From the NCBI RefSeq assembly GCF_006345805.1, contig NC_043009.1:53134001-53198000 (forward strand): a DNA stretch of 64,000 nucleotides, in the 5' to 3' direction. The notes beneath the pieces were generated by a model. The model worked only from the letters and a program-made list of their open reading frames with translations. It made no database searches and had not been told where the DNA came from. The first letter of the stretch is position 1. Each line of letters starts with the position of its first letter. The stretch is from Octopus sinensis. Taxonomy: Eukaryota. Of the stretch, positions 36,136-50,434 are shown in pieces. A program made the position numbers and the translations under genes.

Positions 36136-37450
36136 ATTTTACCATCTTGTTGGTTGCACCATGGCTCACCAAAAGTTACAAACAGCAAGACTCCAAAATC
36201 ATCAGTTACCAGGTTCACCTTAAGTTACCTAGATTTTGAGTTGGCGATAATAGCACTGACTGCTGCTAATCTAGATCTATCAATAATTATTCAATACAGC
36301 AGTAATTATAAAAGCATATCAGATATACACAAGGTAAAATTACCTTCATCTTATTAATATAAATTTGATTTATTAAAAATCCCTTTAAATTAATTTTGAA
36401 AAGCACTTTTAACCAATGCCTTTTCTGGACAGCCTTACTATATGCCTTCAGGTTTGCCCATAGAGACACAGCCAAAATGACTATATTCCTGCTCCAATAA
36501 ATTTAGATGCACGTATCTGAAGCATATAACACATTAATGAACTAGCCTGATTAAATAATTAAATAATAAACTAAAAGGGAAAAAAAAGCAACGAAAAAGG
36601 AAAAGCAAAAAAGCAGAAAGTAAGTTAATTAAAGCTGAAAGAGAAAATTAAGAATAAAAGTTAAACTTACACTAATTCAACAGCATATTAAAAATAACTT
36701 TACTAAACACTTAATTAAAAAAATAAACTACAAAAAATGTAAAGTCGACAAACTCAGAATGAAAAGACATACGAAATACAGGTAAGTATTTCGCCCGGAG
36801 TACTAACGTTTCTACCAACTTGCCAGGATGGAACTTAGACATTCATTTTAGAAATATATTCTTATCTTAACATTTTTGCTTGGGGCGTTACTTCTTACTT
36901 CCTCACTTACTGACAATAAATTTCATGACATTTCGCCTTATAACTTTTTTTCTACTAATTTTTGAATTCCTCATGTATTTTTCTACCATTTAAGACTAAG
37001 CAAAGTATACTTTGATTTTAAAATAAAAAAAAATTATGTTAATTAAAGATGAATAGGTGCCTTACTGCTCACCTTTAGACCTCACATATTTTGATATAAG
37101 TTTTTTTTGTTACTGAACCGAATCTCAAACTATTTATGCCAAAGTGTAATTGAGGATGTGTCCTCTTTAAAACTATTAACAGTTTGCAATTTGGTTGAGA
37201 ACTGAATTAGTGGTGAAGCTTGGAAGCTGCTGCGATTGACGAAATCCATTACCGTAGTTGAATCTTATACATACATACATACATACATACATACATACAT
37301 ACATACATACATACATACATACATGCATACACACACACACATACACACACATATATATATATATATGCATATGTGTGTGTATACATGAGTAAATGCGTAT
37401 ATGTGTTTATAGGTGCATGAATGTGTGTAAGTAAATACACATACACATAT

Positions 37451-37867
37451 ACTCTTACTCTTTTTTACTCTTTTACTTGTTTCAGTCATTTGACTGCGGC
37501 CATGCTGGAGCACCGCCTTTAGTCGGGCAAATCGACCCCGGGACTTATTCTTTGTAAGCCTAGTACTTATTCTATCGGTCTCTCTTTTGCCGAACCGCTA
37601 AGTGACGGGGAGGTAGACACACCAGCATCGGTTGTCAAGCAATGCTAGGGAGACAAACACAGACACACAAACACACACATAATACATATATATATACATA
37701 TATACGACAGGCTTCTTTCAGTTTCCGTCTACCAAATCCACTCACAAGGCATTGGTCGGCCCGAGGCTATAGTAGAAGACTATTGCCCAAGGTGCCACGC
37801 AGTGGGACTGAACCCGGAACCATGTGGTTGGTTAGCAAGCTACTTACCACACAGCCACTCCTGCGCC
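37451..37867 (-). mobile_element. SINE family A, full length
   Basis: Full reverse-complement copy. Confidence 0.92.
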
Positions 37868-38699
37868 TATGTATATATATGTATATATAAATGAAAACGT
37901 GTGCCTAAATATGCGCACATAATTATCTATTTCTATTGAATGGTGTATATGGGAACACGTACCCAAACATTCACACACACACACGTAAATATATATATTC
38001 ATATATATATAGGGGAGAAGAAAAGGGAGAGAAGAAAAGCAAATGAAATCAAAGAAAATAAATATATAAATAAAAAATAGAAATAAAAACAAGATTAATA
38101 GTAATTGAAAAAGGGATTGGCGGGAAAGTAATATATGCATGTGTGTGGGAGGTATAGACACATGTATATATGAGTATACATATGTATACATTTGTATATT
38201 TGTGTGTGGGTATGTATGTGTGTGTATGTGAGTACATATATATGTATATACATATATGTATGCGCAGGCGCATGTGTTTATGTATGCATGTGTATGTGTA
38301 TATATATGTGTGTATATATATGTATATATATTACAGAATATAAAGTTATATCTTGAGATCGTTAGTGACAAGATATATAACAGACTGGAATAGTAGTGCT
38401 CAAATGAGCTGTATACACCTTTTTTTAATTATGTAATTTATTATGTCATTGTATGTTTTACGAGTTTAAGCGTAAATTCAAGGTGACATATATGCAACTT
38501 TGATTCTCTTGTATATTTATATATTTTTATATGATATATTTACATATTACTAAATTAAAAATTTTTTAAACGTCCGGCTTTATATCTGTTCTGTAGATAT
38601 AAATGAATATATGAATATATGTATGTGTTTAATCTTTCTGTGGATTTTGTAATGTTCCTTTAGTTGCTGCTCGCATTGCCTCCCCTCGGATTAAAAAAC

Positions 38700-38714
38700 G
38701 TATATATGTATGTT

Positions 38715-38772
<58 letters not shown>

Positions 38773-38971
38773 ATATGTGTATGTATAGTTATATCTATGC
38801 GCATACATATGTGTTTGATTATATGTGTTTGATTATATGTGTATGTATATATGTATGTTGGTATTCATATATATGTGTGTATGTGTATGTATGTATGTAT
38901 GTATGTATGTATGTTTGTATGTATGTATGTATGTGTGTGAACACGTGCATGTGTATATATGTGTATACATG

Positions 38972-39006
<35 letters not shown>

Positions 39007-39025
39007 TTATATATATGTGTGTGTA
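38700..39025. repeat. Compound (TA)n/(TG)n/(TATG)n microsatellite
   Basis: Direct inspection. Confidence 0.9.
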
Positions 39026-39027
39026 TA

Positions 39028-40528
39028 CAGGGTGCGTAATGTATTTGCGGATATACCTTTTGGGTTCATTGCTGAATTTTTTGCTAACTCTGTATAATCT
39101 TTTGTTTCAGAAAGTAATAATGGCAGACCCTCAGCTTACACAAGAAATGAAGAGGCATGCTGTTATTGTGGTTATAAAGGCTGAACATAGCGATTTAGAA
39201 ATATCTCGATTTTTACAAGCTGCCAGATCTTTCGACTACAAAGTTTGTAAGGAACTAGAGACTGAAAATGGAAATGTATCACCAGTATCAAAGCATAAAA
39301 AGCATTCTAAACGCTCTGAAATCCTCAGAACATCTGAATTTATCCAGCAAATTCAATAGACCATTGATTACAATCCCAGAAAGTTCATGAGGTCAATCGC
39401 AAAAGATATCCATGTATTAGAAGAAACAAAAATGATGAGGAATGGCCAGTCTGTCAGAAAAAGTAAAGAAAATCACTACATCAGATCTAAACGGCTTTTA
39501 TACAAACTGAAAAATCCATGAGAAGATTTGATTTGTTTTTTCTGAAACGAGAAAAACTTCGACCAAGATCAAAAAGTTAACAGAAGAAATGACAGATGGT
39601 TATGTGCAAACCCTTTTGAAGTTCCAAGTGTTATGCATACAAAATTTGCTGCAACTGTCATGGTTTTAGGGGTTTTCAGTAATGAAGGACATGTGATGCC
39701 TCCTTACTTCTTTCCACAACGCCTTAACTTTCTTTCCACAAGGAGTTAACTCTGCCGCCTAGATACTTTTCTACTCTAGGCACAAGGCCAGAAATTTTGG
39801 GGAAGTGGACGCCAGTCGATTAGATCAACTTCAGTACGCAACTGGTACTTAATTTATCGATCCCGAAAGGATGAAAGGCAAAGTTGATTTCAGCAGAATT
39901 TGAACTCAGAGCATAAAGACGGACGATATACCGTGAAGCAGATCGCCCGGTGTGCTAGAGTTTCTGCCAGTTCGCCGCCTTTTTCGCCCGGCGCGCTAAT
40001 GAATCTGGTAGCTTGTCGCCTTTCCTCTACCGCCTACATTGAAGTCCTGGAAATAGTTGTCAAGCCTAGGATAGACTGTATGCAATGGAAGGCCATATGT
40101 ATTTCAGTATGACTCAGCACTATTACACATGGCTTTAGTTACACAGGAGTGGGTGGCGGAAAATTTTCGTGATCACATAACCCCTAACATTTGGCCTCCT
40201 AATTCACAGATCTCAATCCATTGGACTATTACACGCGGAGCGTTGTTGAGAGATAGGTCAATTAACACGCCCATAACACCAAAGATCCTTTGAAAGCTGC
40301 CATAGTCAGAGTAATGTCCAAAACGAACCAGGACCACTTGATTCGAACATGTAGATGATTTAGATCTCATATAGAAGCGGTTCTTGAAGGTGAAGGTGGC
40401 TTTATAGAAAAGAAGGTTTATTTTTATCTTCATAGCATTTTCTATAATTAAAATTAGTGTCTGCTATTATATATATGTTTTTTTTTTATAAACATAAATC
40501 TGTCCTCAAATATCTTAAGAAAACCCTG
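39028..40528 (+). mobile_element. Degenerate DD37D/maT-like Tc1/mariner transposon interrupted by a SINE
   Basis: TA+CAGGGT...ACCCTG+TA; MADPQLTQEMKRHAVIV; EKNFDQDQKVNRRNDRWL; VMVLGVFSNEGHVMPP; WPPNSQ..NPLDY. Confidence 0.82.
39765..40024 (-). mobile_element. SINE family B insertion with ~15-bp target-site duplication
   Basis: ctctgccgcctagat (39750-39764) / ctctaccgcctacat (40025-40039); partial duplication of the head. Confidence 0.82.
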
Positions 40529-40529
40529 T

Positions 40530-40814
40530 ATATATATATGTATATGTATGGATACGTGCGTGTGTGTGTGTGTATATATACGGGTGTGTACATATGTATG
40601 TATGTGTGTATATATATATATATATGTGTGTGTGTTTGTATGTGGGTATGTGTATGTATATGTCTATGTGTGTGTGTGCATATATGTACGTAAATGTGTG
40701 TGTGTATAAATATATATGTATGTGTGTGTATGTATGTATATATCTATATGTGTACATATGTATGTATGTGTACATATGGATATGTATGTATATATATATG
40801 TGTATATGTATATG

Positions 40815-40852
<38 letters not shown>

Positions 40853-40980
40853 AGTGTGTGTATATGTGTGCATGCATGTAAAAATATATGTATGTGCATG
40901 AATGCGTGTATGTATGCATATATGTGTGTGTATACGTATATATGCATATATATATGTATGTGTGTGTATATATATATGTA
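40530..40980. repeat. Compound (TA)/(TG) microsatellite
   Basis: Direct inspection. Confidence 0.9.
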
Positions 40981-41326
40981 CACCATAATAGCTGTGAGAA
41001 TTAAATAGGTGACCTCCCCACGAAGGTCATCTTTTGACAAGAATACATAAATAATCTGACTATCCCTGAACATTCGATTTCTTTATTTTTTATAGACTTA
41101 AATTTCACGCCCACTCTTCTCTATTATTTGATTTCAAATGAAATCAAAAACAGAAGTCAAAGGATGTCGCGGTACACGTGTTTCAAGCTTTATAAACCAC
41201 CTATTCTTACATCAGAGTATAATAGACATACAGGTTGGTTTAAAGCTCTCTTCAGCCGCATGCAATTGTTATTCTAAAAGTTAATGAAAAATCCGAAAGG
41301 TACATTTAGTATTATCCATAATAATA

Positions 41327-42217
41327 CGAGGGGCGTTCAATAAGTAATGCCCCTGACCCACTTGCAGTTGTTTGATCTAGCTGAAATTTTGCATGTGCAA
41401 TTATTTATATCTCTATAGATTAAGTGGAAAATTATCATTCATGACCATTTGCATATGCAAAAGGTGTCTGTTAGATGGATTCCCAGGTTGCTCACACCTT
41501 TCCAGAAGCAAGAACGCGTCGATTGCTCGAGGAGGAATTTGGAGATGTGCCAAGAAGATGAGTCAAAATTTTTCAAAAGACTGATTACACAGGATGAAAC
41601 CTGGGTCCATCACTATGATCCAGAGACCAAAGCCCAGTCAATGCAGTGGAAGCACCATGACTCACCTCCTCCAAAGAAGGCAAGGATGCAGCCCTCCGCT
41701 GGCAAGGTCATGCTCACAGTCTTCTGGGACCAGGACGGAGTAGTGATGACAGATTTCCTGGCAAAGGGTGCCACAATTACAGGAGTCTATTATGCTTCAC
41801 TTTTGAGGAAATTAAGAGAAGCTATCAAAATCAAGAGGCGGGGCAAGATCGCCAAAGGCATCCTCCTCCTGCAGGACAACGCTCCGATCCACAACAGGCA
41901 TGCGGCTATGAACTCATCACCCCCCTACTCTCCTGACCTTGCACCCTCTGATTTTCACCTCTTCCCAGCCATGAAGATGTTTTTGAAAGGAAAGCGTTTC
42001 CCAGATGATGCAGCCTTGATTTCTGAAGTCACGTCGTGGTTGGAGGACCAAGCTGGGGTCTTCTACAAAAACGGTCTTCAGAGCTGCATCAAACGATGGG
42101 AGAAATGCGTAACTCTGGGTGGTTTCTATGTAGAAAAAGACTAATAACTATGCCAAGTTTCGTTGCTCTACTGCTATGGGAAGTGGGTCAGGGGCATTAC
42201 TTATTGAACGCCCCTCG
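41327..42217 (+). mobile_element. Mariner element (irritans-like), internally deleted, perfect 37-bp TIRs
   Basis: TA-CGAGGGGCGTTCAATAAGTAATGCCCCTGACCCACTT...-TA; ORF 41449-42144 with WIPRLL, TQDETW, QDNAP, YSPDLAPSD; HTH region absent. Confidence 0.95.
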
Positions 42218-43329
42218 TAGGTATATCATGTCTCCCTGAGAGAGTGTATTTGTAAAATTTCATAACTAAATAGGCGTGTAGAGTATCATTGGATTTCGAA
42301 AATATGTCCATACTGTATCACCAGGCAACATAGATTGAATGTTAAATAGATTTTAATCGGTTCATTCCTCTTGTAAGGGAAAAGAAATAAGGAGAAGGAA
42401 AGAGGGAGAAAAAAGAGGAAGAAAGAGAGAAAAAGTAGGGAGAGTATTGAGAGGAAAAAAAAGAAGATAGAAAGAAGAGAGAAAAGGGAAAATAGAAAGA
42501 AGAGAGAAAAAATATAGGGGAAAAAGAGAAAGAAAGAAAAGGGTCATAGTGCTAGAGCATGTATATATGTGTACATATTACATGTACATCTATATATATA
42601 CATCTACACATAAAATACAAAATACAAAGTTATATCTTGATATCGCTAATGATAACAATACTCAAAATATATAACAGACTGGAATTGTAAGCCCGTCTCT
42701 TGCAATTTCGATCAATTGTATCTTGTCCTTCTTGTATAGAAGTGTGGCTACAATCCAGCCTACCTCTACTTCTGGGGGGACATTTTAAATTTTTATCCGG
42801 GACGTCCTACGTCCCAGATATAAAGGTAAAAATAAAATATTTCCACTTTGCAAGTTCGAGTCGAGTACTCCCTTGCACGCTCCGTTGACTCGAACCTTGC
42901 TTCTATTGTGGCGAATTTACCGCCTCTGGTTAGATATCTTTCATAGTCGCACCAAGACACATTTCGATGGTGCTTTCCTCCAGGTGTTCAAATATTTTTT
43001 CTCTACATTGTATACTTTATAGACAATAGTCTTTTCTTTTCTTTAATTTTTTATTATCCATCTGGACTATTCCATTTCTGCACGCTAATTTTATTTTCAA
43101 TTTATTCCCATTCATGTGAAACCACTTATTCAAGTTCAAGTCATTGATGCAATTTTATACCAGTTGCTATTTTTACTTTTGTTATGTTACGATTATATTG
43201 TACTTTAGTTTGATTTTAATTATTTCTTACTACATATAATTCAATTATTATTATTTTTATTGTTAAAGTGAAAGTATCTGACATAAAATAGAGAAATGTT
43301 TTTGTTTCACTTTTAACATGTAATACTGA

Positions 43330-43529
43330 AATAGTGGAGAAGATATGATATTGCTATGGGCTCGCCCTAGGCAAGAAGCTGAACATTTTTTTTGCCCATG
43401 AAACTACATGGACCCTAAGTAAAGGATGTGTAAAATTTGAATGAAATTGGTTGTGTAGTTCTCAAATTTTAAGGAAACACACAGACAGACAGACAGACAC
43501 ACGTTCTCAGTTTTATATATATATAAAGA
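43330..43529 (-). mobile_element. Helitron-like 5' end
   Basis: ...(GACA)n...gttttatatatatataaaga-t, i.e. A^TCTTTATATA on the minus strand, the same architecture as 28630. Confidence 0.5.
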
Positions 43530-43614
43530 TTATATCATATCATCTTATTATCTGTTACCTTTGAAGAGCCTTTGAAGAGCCTAGATGTGTGTGTGTGTCT
43601 ACATACCCGTGTGC

Positions 43615-43898
43615 ATATATATATATAAACATGTTTCATACAACTAATGATATGTACAGATACAGGTATCTGTACACACACACAACCACACACGTGTAAG
43701 TCTTAATACACATATATATATGTGTGCACACACGCACACACATACCCACATATACATACACATATACACATACATACACGCACACGCATGTAAACATACA
43801 TACATATATGTGTACACATACATACAACATACATAAAAGTATACATGTACACACACATATACATACATGTATACCTATACATATGCACCCCTTATATG

Positions 43899-43938
<40 letters not shown>

Positions 43939-44094
43939 CACATACACACACATACATACATACATATGAATGCATATACATATATATATACACCCCATAT
44001 GCATATATATATATATATATACGTATACACACACACATACACACACATATATATATATACACATACACACACATATACATACATACATACATAC

Positions 44095-44126
<32 letters not shown>

Positions 44127-44399
44127 GCGCACATACACATGCATACACACATTCACATATCCATGTATACCATACATACACAAACACACACACATATATA
44201 TATACACATATACGTACATATACATGCACACACATGTACACACCCATACGTATACATATACACACATATACACATACCTATATATCTCCGTATATACAAG
44301 CACACACATGTATATATATATATACACACGCATATATATACATATTTATATACATATATACATACATACATACATACATACACATACATACATACATAT

Positions 44400-44431
<32 letters not shown>

Positions 44432-44535
44432 GTACACATCCACACACACATACACCCACGCATGCATACATGTAAATCCCTCTATGTATAAATCTTCATA
44501 CATACACACCCGTAGATTCATGTATACACACACGC
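43615..44535. repeat. ~0.9-kb compound (CA)/(TA)/(CATA) microsatellite
   Basis: Direct inspection; source of many spurious ORFs. Confidence 0.92.
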
Positions 44536-44699
44536 AAAGACATCACATCTTCTAAGTATCTATCTTGTTTTGGGGGATATAACAGTTTTAATTAATTAAT
44601 TAATAATTTAAATGCAAAGATAAAAATAAACGATAACATTAGAAAAATAAGCGAAATAAAAATAAAAAAATAAAAAAAACAAATTAATAATTGCTTTTA

Positions 44700-45185
44700 A
44701 TTTAGGCACAAGGTCATCAACATTAAGATAGGGGAATAATCAATAATAATCGGTATTTTATTCTATCGACCCCGAAACAATGAAGGGTAATGCCGACTTC
44801 AGCAGAAGTCCGACTCAGATCTCATGGAGATTAACATGAGTCTTCTTCCCTCTACGGTAATAAAATAAAGCAATCTGCAGCTGAATCATAAGGATAATAA
44901 TAATCCTTTCTTATATAAGTGCAAGGTTTAGTGAGAAATCAAAGTGATTACACCGATTCCACTGCTCAATAGGTGTTTGTTTTTTATTGACATCGAAAGG
45001 ATGCAAAACAGAATTGACCTCGTGGAAATCGAACACAAACCTCACCTGGGTTAATTTGGCTTTTCATCCCCCACTCCTCAGGTTCAATAAAATAAAGTAT
45101 CAGTCAAGTACTGTGGCTGATGGTATAGACTACTCACCACCAGCAGCAGCAAAAGAGCTGGCTTTGCGCCTGAATTGTAAAAAAT
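44700..45185. mobile_element. Cluster of degenerate SINE family B fragments
   Basis: atcgaccccgaaacaatgaagggtaa; catcgaaaggatgcaaa; ggcttttcatccc...aataaaataaagtatcag. Confidence 0.55.
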
Positions 45186-47719
45186 AGTGTAAATTTTAAA
45201 CAAACTTGTTGAGATGAGGCACATCAGTTGGTTTGAAAGCTTAACAAGCAAAAGAGAAATTATTATGATGAGGAAGCGTGGCGATATCGAATAAAATAAA
45301 TAAAGCAATGTAATCAGCCTGGAATCGAACATTCGATCAAGTGGGTCACATTTACAACATTAAGACTTGAAGAACAAACTGAACTGCTCGACTCCTGAAA
45401 GACATCGTTTAAAATAGTTGAAACTCAAAGAGAAGAGGAAGAGAGAAAGGGAGAGAGAGATAGAGAGAGGGAGAGAGAGAGAGGTGGAGATGGGATGCAG
45501 AAAGAAAGACGGACTATTTAAATACACATTAGCACAAGATTTGCACGACGTTAATGTTGATGAGTCATGTGATGAACTTTATCGAGTATATCCGATTTGA
45601 AACACCCTAGTAACGTTTTCTAAATTATGCATGTTACATTTCGAATACTCCTCTCTTGTGGGATGTGTCTTCCTTAAATAACGATGGAATATTCGTTTGA
45701 TCAAACTTGCTCTTTTGTCCGGTTTGCTTGCTCTTTCCACCGGTTCTTGTACCACTTAAAGTCCGAAAACCCAAGAATTGAGAAAGATAGATTAGCATTT
45801 CTCGTTGTCTTTTGCCATCTATTTGCTTTTATTCTGCTAGTCTTCTGCTCCCCCTCTTTACTCTTGGGGCTCAAGCATATTTAATATTTAAGCGGAGGAC
45901 TGGTGCAGGCGACATCGGGGCATGTCCAGAGACATTTGGAGCTGTACCACACATGTCTAAAGGTTAGAGTTGTGTACCTTAGCCTATATCCTCATTGTCG
46001 TATTGCACAGGAATAATTTCTATTACTTGACCTACAATGGGTCTCTTCACAGTTACTACAAACCCTCAACAATACAAAGAGTTGTGGTGACTAAGGGTAG
46101 CTTGATTCTTACCAAAACTTCAGAAACCACGAACTGGAAACACATCGCTGGATGTAGTTTAATGTCTAATGAAGGAATCGAGAAGTTTTATATAGCATGT
46201 ATCTATACGAATTGGGTAAGTGGTAGATTATTTTAAACTGATACGAAATCTAAGGAAGCTTTGAGATAGAGAAAAAAACTCTTCAAAGTGGTTACTCAAC
46301 CTACTAGAAATAACAATAAATCTCTGCTGTTTAATTAAATAAGAAAAAGGAAATATTAAATAATATCGCTTAATATAGCTGCAAAAGGATGACTACAGGT
46401 GTGTTGGATCAGGGTTGATCTGTGACAAGAAAACTATTAAAATTTGCTTTGTAAAGCGATCGGCAACAACAATACAGAGAAATAACACAATGTCTTCGGA
46501 CAACTAACACAAAGAGGAGGTGTTTTTAGATGACTAATACAGAAAGAGGAGGAGCGTCTGGATGATTTATACAGAGAAATGTGTCTCGACAGTTACAGGA
46601 CGCGACAAACTTGAGAGGGTTGAACGTCAATAAAATCGATATCGAAGACTGCTAACTTTTTATAATCCCAGCCTATAATCCCTAAGCAAATATGACAAAC
46701 GATTTTCGCCGACACCCAAATGATTATTCCAATTTACAGCTATCTTACATTTGTCAATGATAAATATCATACAATTATTTTACCACGGAAACAGGTTTTA
46801 GTTTATACCCCTTTGTGTACAGAAATATGACTACGAATCGCTGAGAAATTTTAGTGACTTGCTTATTGTCAGAGTGGACAAACGCGGAATTTCCTTTTGA
46901 GAATTAGATAATTTTCCCACACACACACACACTGTCAGTCTTTAGATAGACAAATTTCTTGTTGATATTCTCGATATTTTATTTTATAAAATGCGTAACT
47001 TGAATGAATAAAAATGTTCGAACTAAAATAAATCAATAAAAAAAAACAATTTTAAAAAAGAGAAAAAGGAAAACGTTTCAAGCATCATGATAAACCAATG
47101 TGAATTTAGCAGGAGCAGAGAAAATGTTATGGAATAATTGTTACATGTATTAAAAGAAAAACACGAGTGTAAGTCCGAAAGTAAAGCAGATTTTACTTGT
47201 ATTACTCCTTGATTTACCACGTATACACGTGGGCGAACCAGAATGTTATTCCGAAAAGTTGTATTACTTTCTGACTCACGTTCGTACATTTAATAAGTTC
47301 GTGGTCAAATGATTGCAAATAATAAATATCCAAACTGTCTTACTTTGAAAATAAACTCGTTTATTACGATTATAGTTTAGAACGTTACTATACATTAATA
47401 TTTTATATATTAACTGAGCACAGTCAAATGGCTGAAACAAGTAGGCGAATAAAATAAAAGAATAAAAGAATAACCGTAAAATTCTATTATTTAAACCATT
47501 CCCATCAATGTTTCAACAGCCCTTTCTTGTACGTAGGCCTTTGTTCGATAAAAAAATATTAATAACCCATCTCCCACATTCTTCTTGATGTTGTTTAACC
47601 CTAGAACTACCTTCATCGAAAAGACAAATGACCAAAGACGCTGCTCTGTCTGTGCCACTGTGCCATCACATATCTGTCTTTCAGGCTAATATACATACAC
47701 ACACATATATATATATATA

Positions 47720-47895
47720 TAATTATTATCTGTTTCCCAACGTGGAAAAAAAAACTTCCAGTTGGGAAGCAGTATCGCAATAATGATGACTTTGTACAGG
47801 CGGTTGGTAAATGTTTTGACAAACAGGATGAAAACTTCTTCGCCAGTGAGATCCAAGCGCTGCAGTACCGATGGTAGAAGTTTGTGGCTCACTTT
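47720..47895 (+). pseudogene. Mariner transposase C-terminal fragment
   Basis: NYYLFPN..K.L..GKQY.NNDD...AV...FDKQDENFFASEIQALQYRW*KFV. Confidence 0.7.
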
Positions 47896-47998
47896 TTGTG
47901 GAAAAGTAAACATCAATGTTTTTTCTATAAAATTATTTTAGTATTTTCTACCTTGAATTTTTTCCATATATATCAACTCGTGTGTTCCTTTTCAACCT

Positions 47999-48084
<86 letters not shown>

Positions 48085-48087
<3 letters not shown>

Positions 48088-48359
48088 CTGTAAAAGTAAT
48101 ATGTGATAATTATTCGGTAGCCATGATAAAACACCGAGTTTCGAATGCCGAGGTAGAAATCCACGCCGCCATCTCTCCAGTAATCTGGCCAGCGTCGTGA
48201 GACAGGTTAATTTTATCCTAGCGATGCATCTAAGAAAGGGCATTTTTTCCGATGGCCACATAACTGAAGAGATGTTGGTGTGGATTTCCACCTCGGCATC
48301 CGAAACTCGGAATCTTATCATGGCTACCGAATAATTGTCACATATTACTTTTTCAGATA
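48085..48359. repeat. 107-bp diverged inverted repeat (48085-48191 / 48253-48359) with an HHR in each arm, bounded by (TA)n
   Basis: tatctgtaaaagtaatatgtgataattattcggtagccatgataa mirrored by ttatcatggctaccgaataattgtcacatattactttttcagata. Confidence 0.9.
48260..48318 (+). ncRNA. Type-I hammerhead ribozyme (mirror copy 48126-48184 on minus has a mutated core, CTGGAGA)
   Basis: ATAA-CTGAAGA-GATGTTGGTGTGGA-tt-TCCACCTCGGCATC-c-GAAA-ctcggaa-TC-TTAT. Confidence 0.65.
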
Positions 48360-48418
48360 AATTCCTCTATTCACATAACATAATATCGAGGTCTCTTTCA
48401 TTCTTTTGTTGTCTTACC

Positions 48419-48463
<45 letters not shown>

Positions 48464-49350
48464 TATTCTTTAAGTTCGTTTACGGGAAACGTCTTTGAGC
48501 ATGCACATAAAATCTCCTATGCAATTATGCCGGCTACGGCCTAGTAATTCTAACAGTAGTAACTCCACTTGCAACAGAAACTGTTATATAACCTACAATA
48601 AATATTGTAATAGTAATGATAATAATCCAAGGATGGAACATGTATGTTTTGTTATGTATGTATGTATGTATGTATGTATGTATGTATGGATCATAGAAGA
48701 AAGATATAAACAGGTTAAGAACTAGTATCAGGTAAGATTATGGCATTTGTATGCGTATAAATTGATATAACTTGAGGGTAGAAATGAATGTTAGACAAAT
48801 CAATCAAAAATAAATTGAAGAATGTTCATAACGGTCGTCACATGGGTGGATGTTGTGGTGGAGCTGACGGTGATGGAGTTAGTGATGATATTCGTAATAC
48901 TGCTGTGTAGTGAATCTAGATTTTTAAGGGAGGCAGTTACAACTTGTCTTAAAAATGCCTCAAATCTTCTGCAATGTGCCTGGTACGTTTGAATTTATTT
49001 ATGCTTCAAAATGTTATATTTTTGTTTGCTTTGTTTTACTTCACAAAACAGACTGTTCGTTTCTGTCTAATGAGTACTTTAAAATTTACAAAATTTAACA
49101 GTATAATTAAGAGAGAAAACAGACGAGCATTTTGGGAGTATAAGCATATTTAAAGATGAAGTAATGAAACAATAAATTACTATCTTATTTTCCAAAGTAT
49201 TTGAAAGGGCGTCCTAACTTTTTGTTATGATGTTTAAATAAAAATGCTTAATAACTTTATATACATACATATATACATACATACAGCGTACATACATATG
49301 TATATACATATACATACATACACACACACACATCTATGTCTATAAGTATA

Positions 49351-49534
49351 TTAGGTTGGTGCATAATTATTGCAGCTTTTTTCAATAAATTTAATTAAAA
49401 AAACAATAACAACATTTAACAAAAACATCTTAAAATGATTATTCCGGAGCATATTCACCATCTACTTCAATTTCTGCTTGGCGTTTTGTTAAAATTTTTT
49501 GTTGAATAAAATTTATTGAAAAATGCTACACCCT

Positions 49535-49538
<4 letters not shown>
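49351..49538. mobile_element. Mariner-derived MITE-like remnant
   Basis: TA+TTAGGTTGGTGCATAATTATTGC resembles Hsmar1/MADE1-type TIRs; degenerate right end caccctaa. Confidence 0.55.
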
Positions 49539-49582
<44 letters not shown>

Positions 49583-50394
49583 ATATATATAAAATATGAC
49601 ATTCTCTAAATCTTCTTTCTATGATTTTCCCTCTTTCCATCTGTTCTTAGTATTTCCCCCAGTTAATAAGTACTATGCCAACTCATAATAAGTGATAGTC
49701 TTTTCTCCAAATTGAATAAATTTTAGATTGATATTTTTTCCTTTATTCGATAGACCAAATGTTGTGTTGATGTGCATAGGGTTTGTAAGGTCTTTGCACC
49801 CTCTTTTAATGTGATTGTGACCACTTGACATTGACTTAGTTCTCCTAACGCCGAATCTGTTCATCAAATAGTAGTAATTGGCATTTAGTATAAATTCCTT
49901 ATATGGAGCTCTGAAACCCCCTTTACCCCATTTCTATAATTAGAATATCTTTATTGTCTCCTTCAACTTATTCTTCCCTCTCACAACATTACAACCAAAC
50001 CTTAGTCAGTTAGTTGATGGGCATCACTACCTCAAATGTTCTTAAAATTTAAATCCACATCTTTGTCTATATATCTACCTTCTCTATAATGTTGCCACTT
50101 GAGAAGAAAATTTTTGTATAAATGGAAAACCTCTATAATTGGCTGATGAGTACTTGGCATTTTAAGTCTGTTGTAATACATACAATATTTAATAAAATGA
50201 TGTAGTACGAAACGATCGTACCAATTTACCGAAGTCATTCTTGTTGCTTATTTTAATTATAATCACCCCACGGATTTCTATGGATAACACCATACAAAAT
50301 TCTGGTGCATCTAAATTAAGTACCATATTCATTTGAATCTAAATTGTTACTGAACTTATATAGTATATATATATATATATAGATCTATATATAT

Positions 50395-50430
<36 letters not shown>

Positions 50431-50434
<4 letters not shown>

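Noticed and set aside
43636-44555. Many long overlapping ORFs (YIYI/HTHT/VCVC), also at 38.6-41 kb, 56 kb and 62 kb
   Set aside because: Translations of stop-free dinucleotide microsatellites; no coding signal
49673-50240. Possible very old RT remnant on the minus strand
   Set aside because: Only a vague resemblance; no diagnostic motif can be supported
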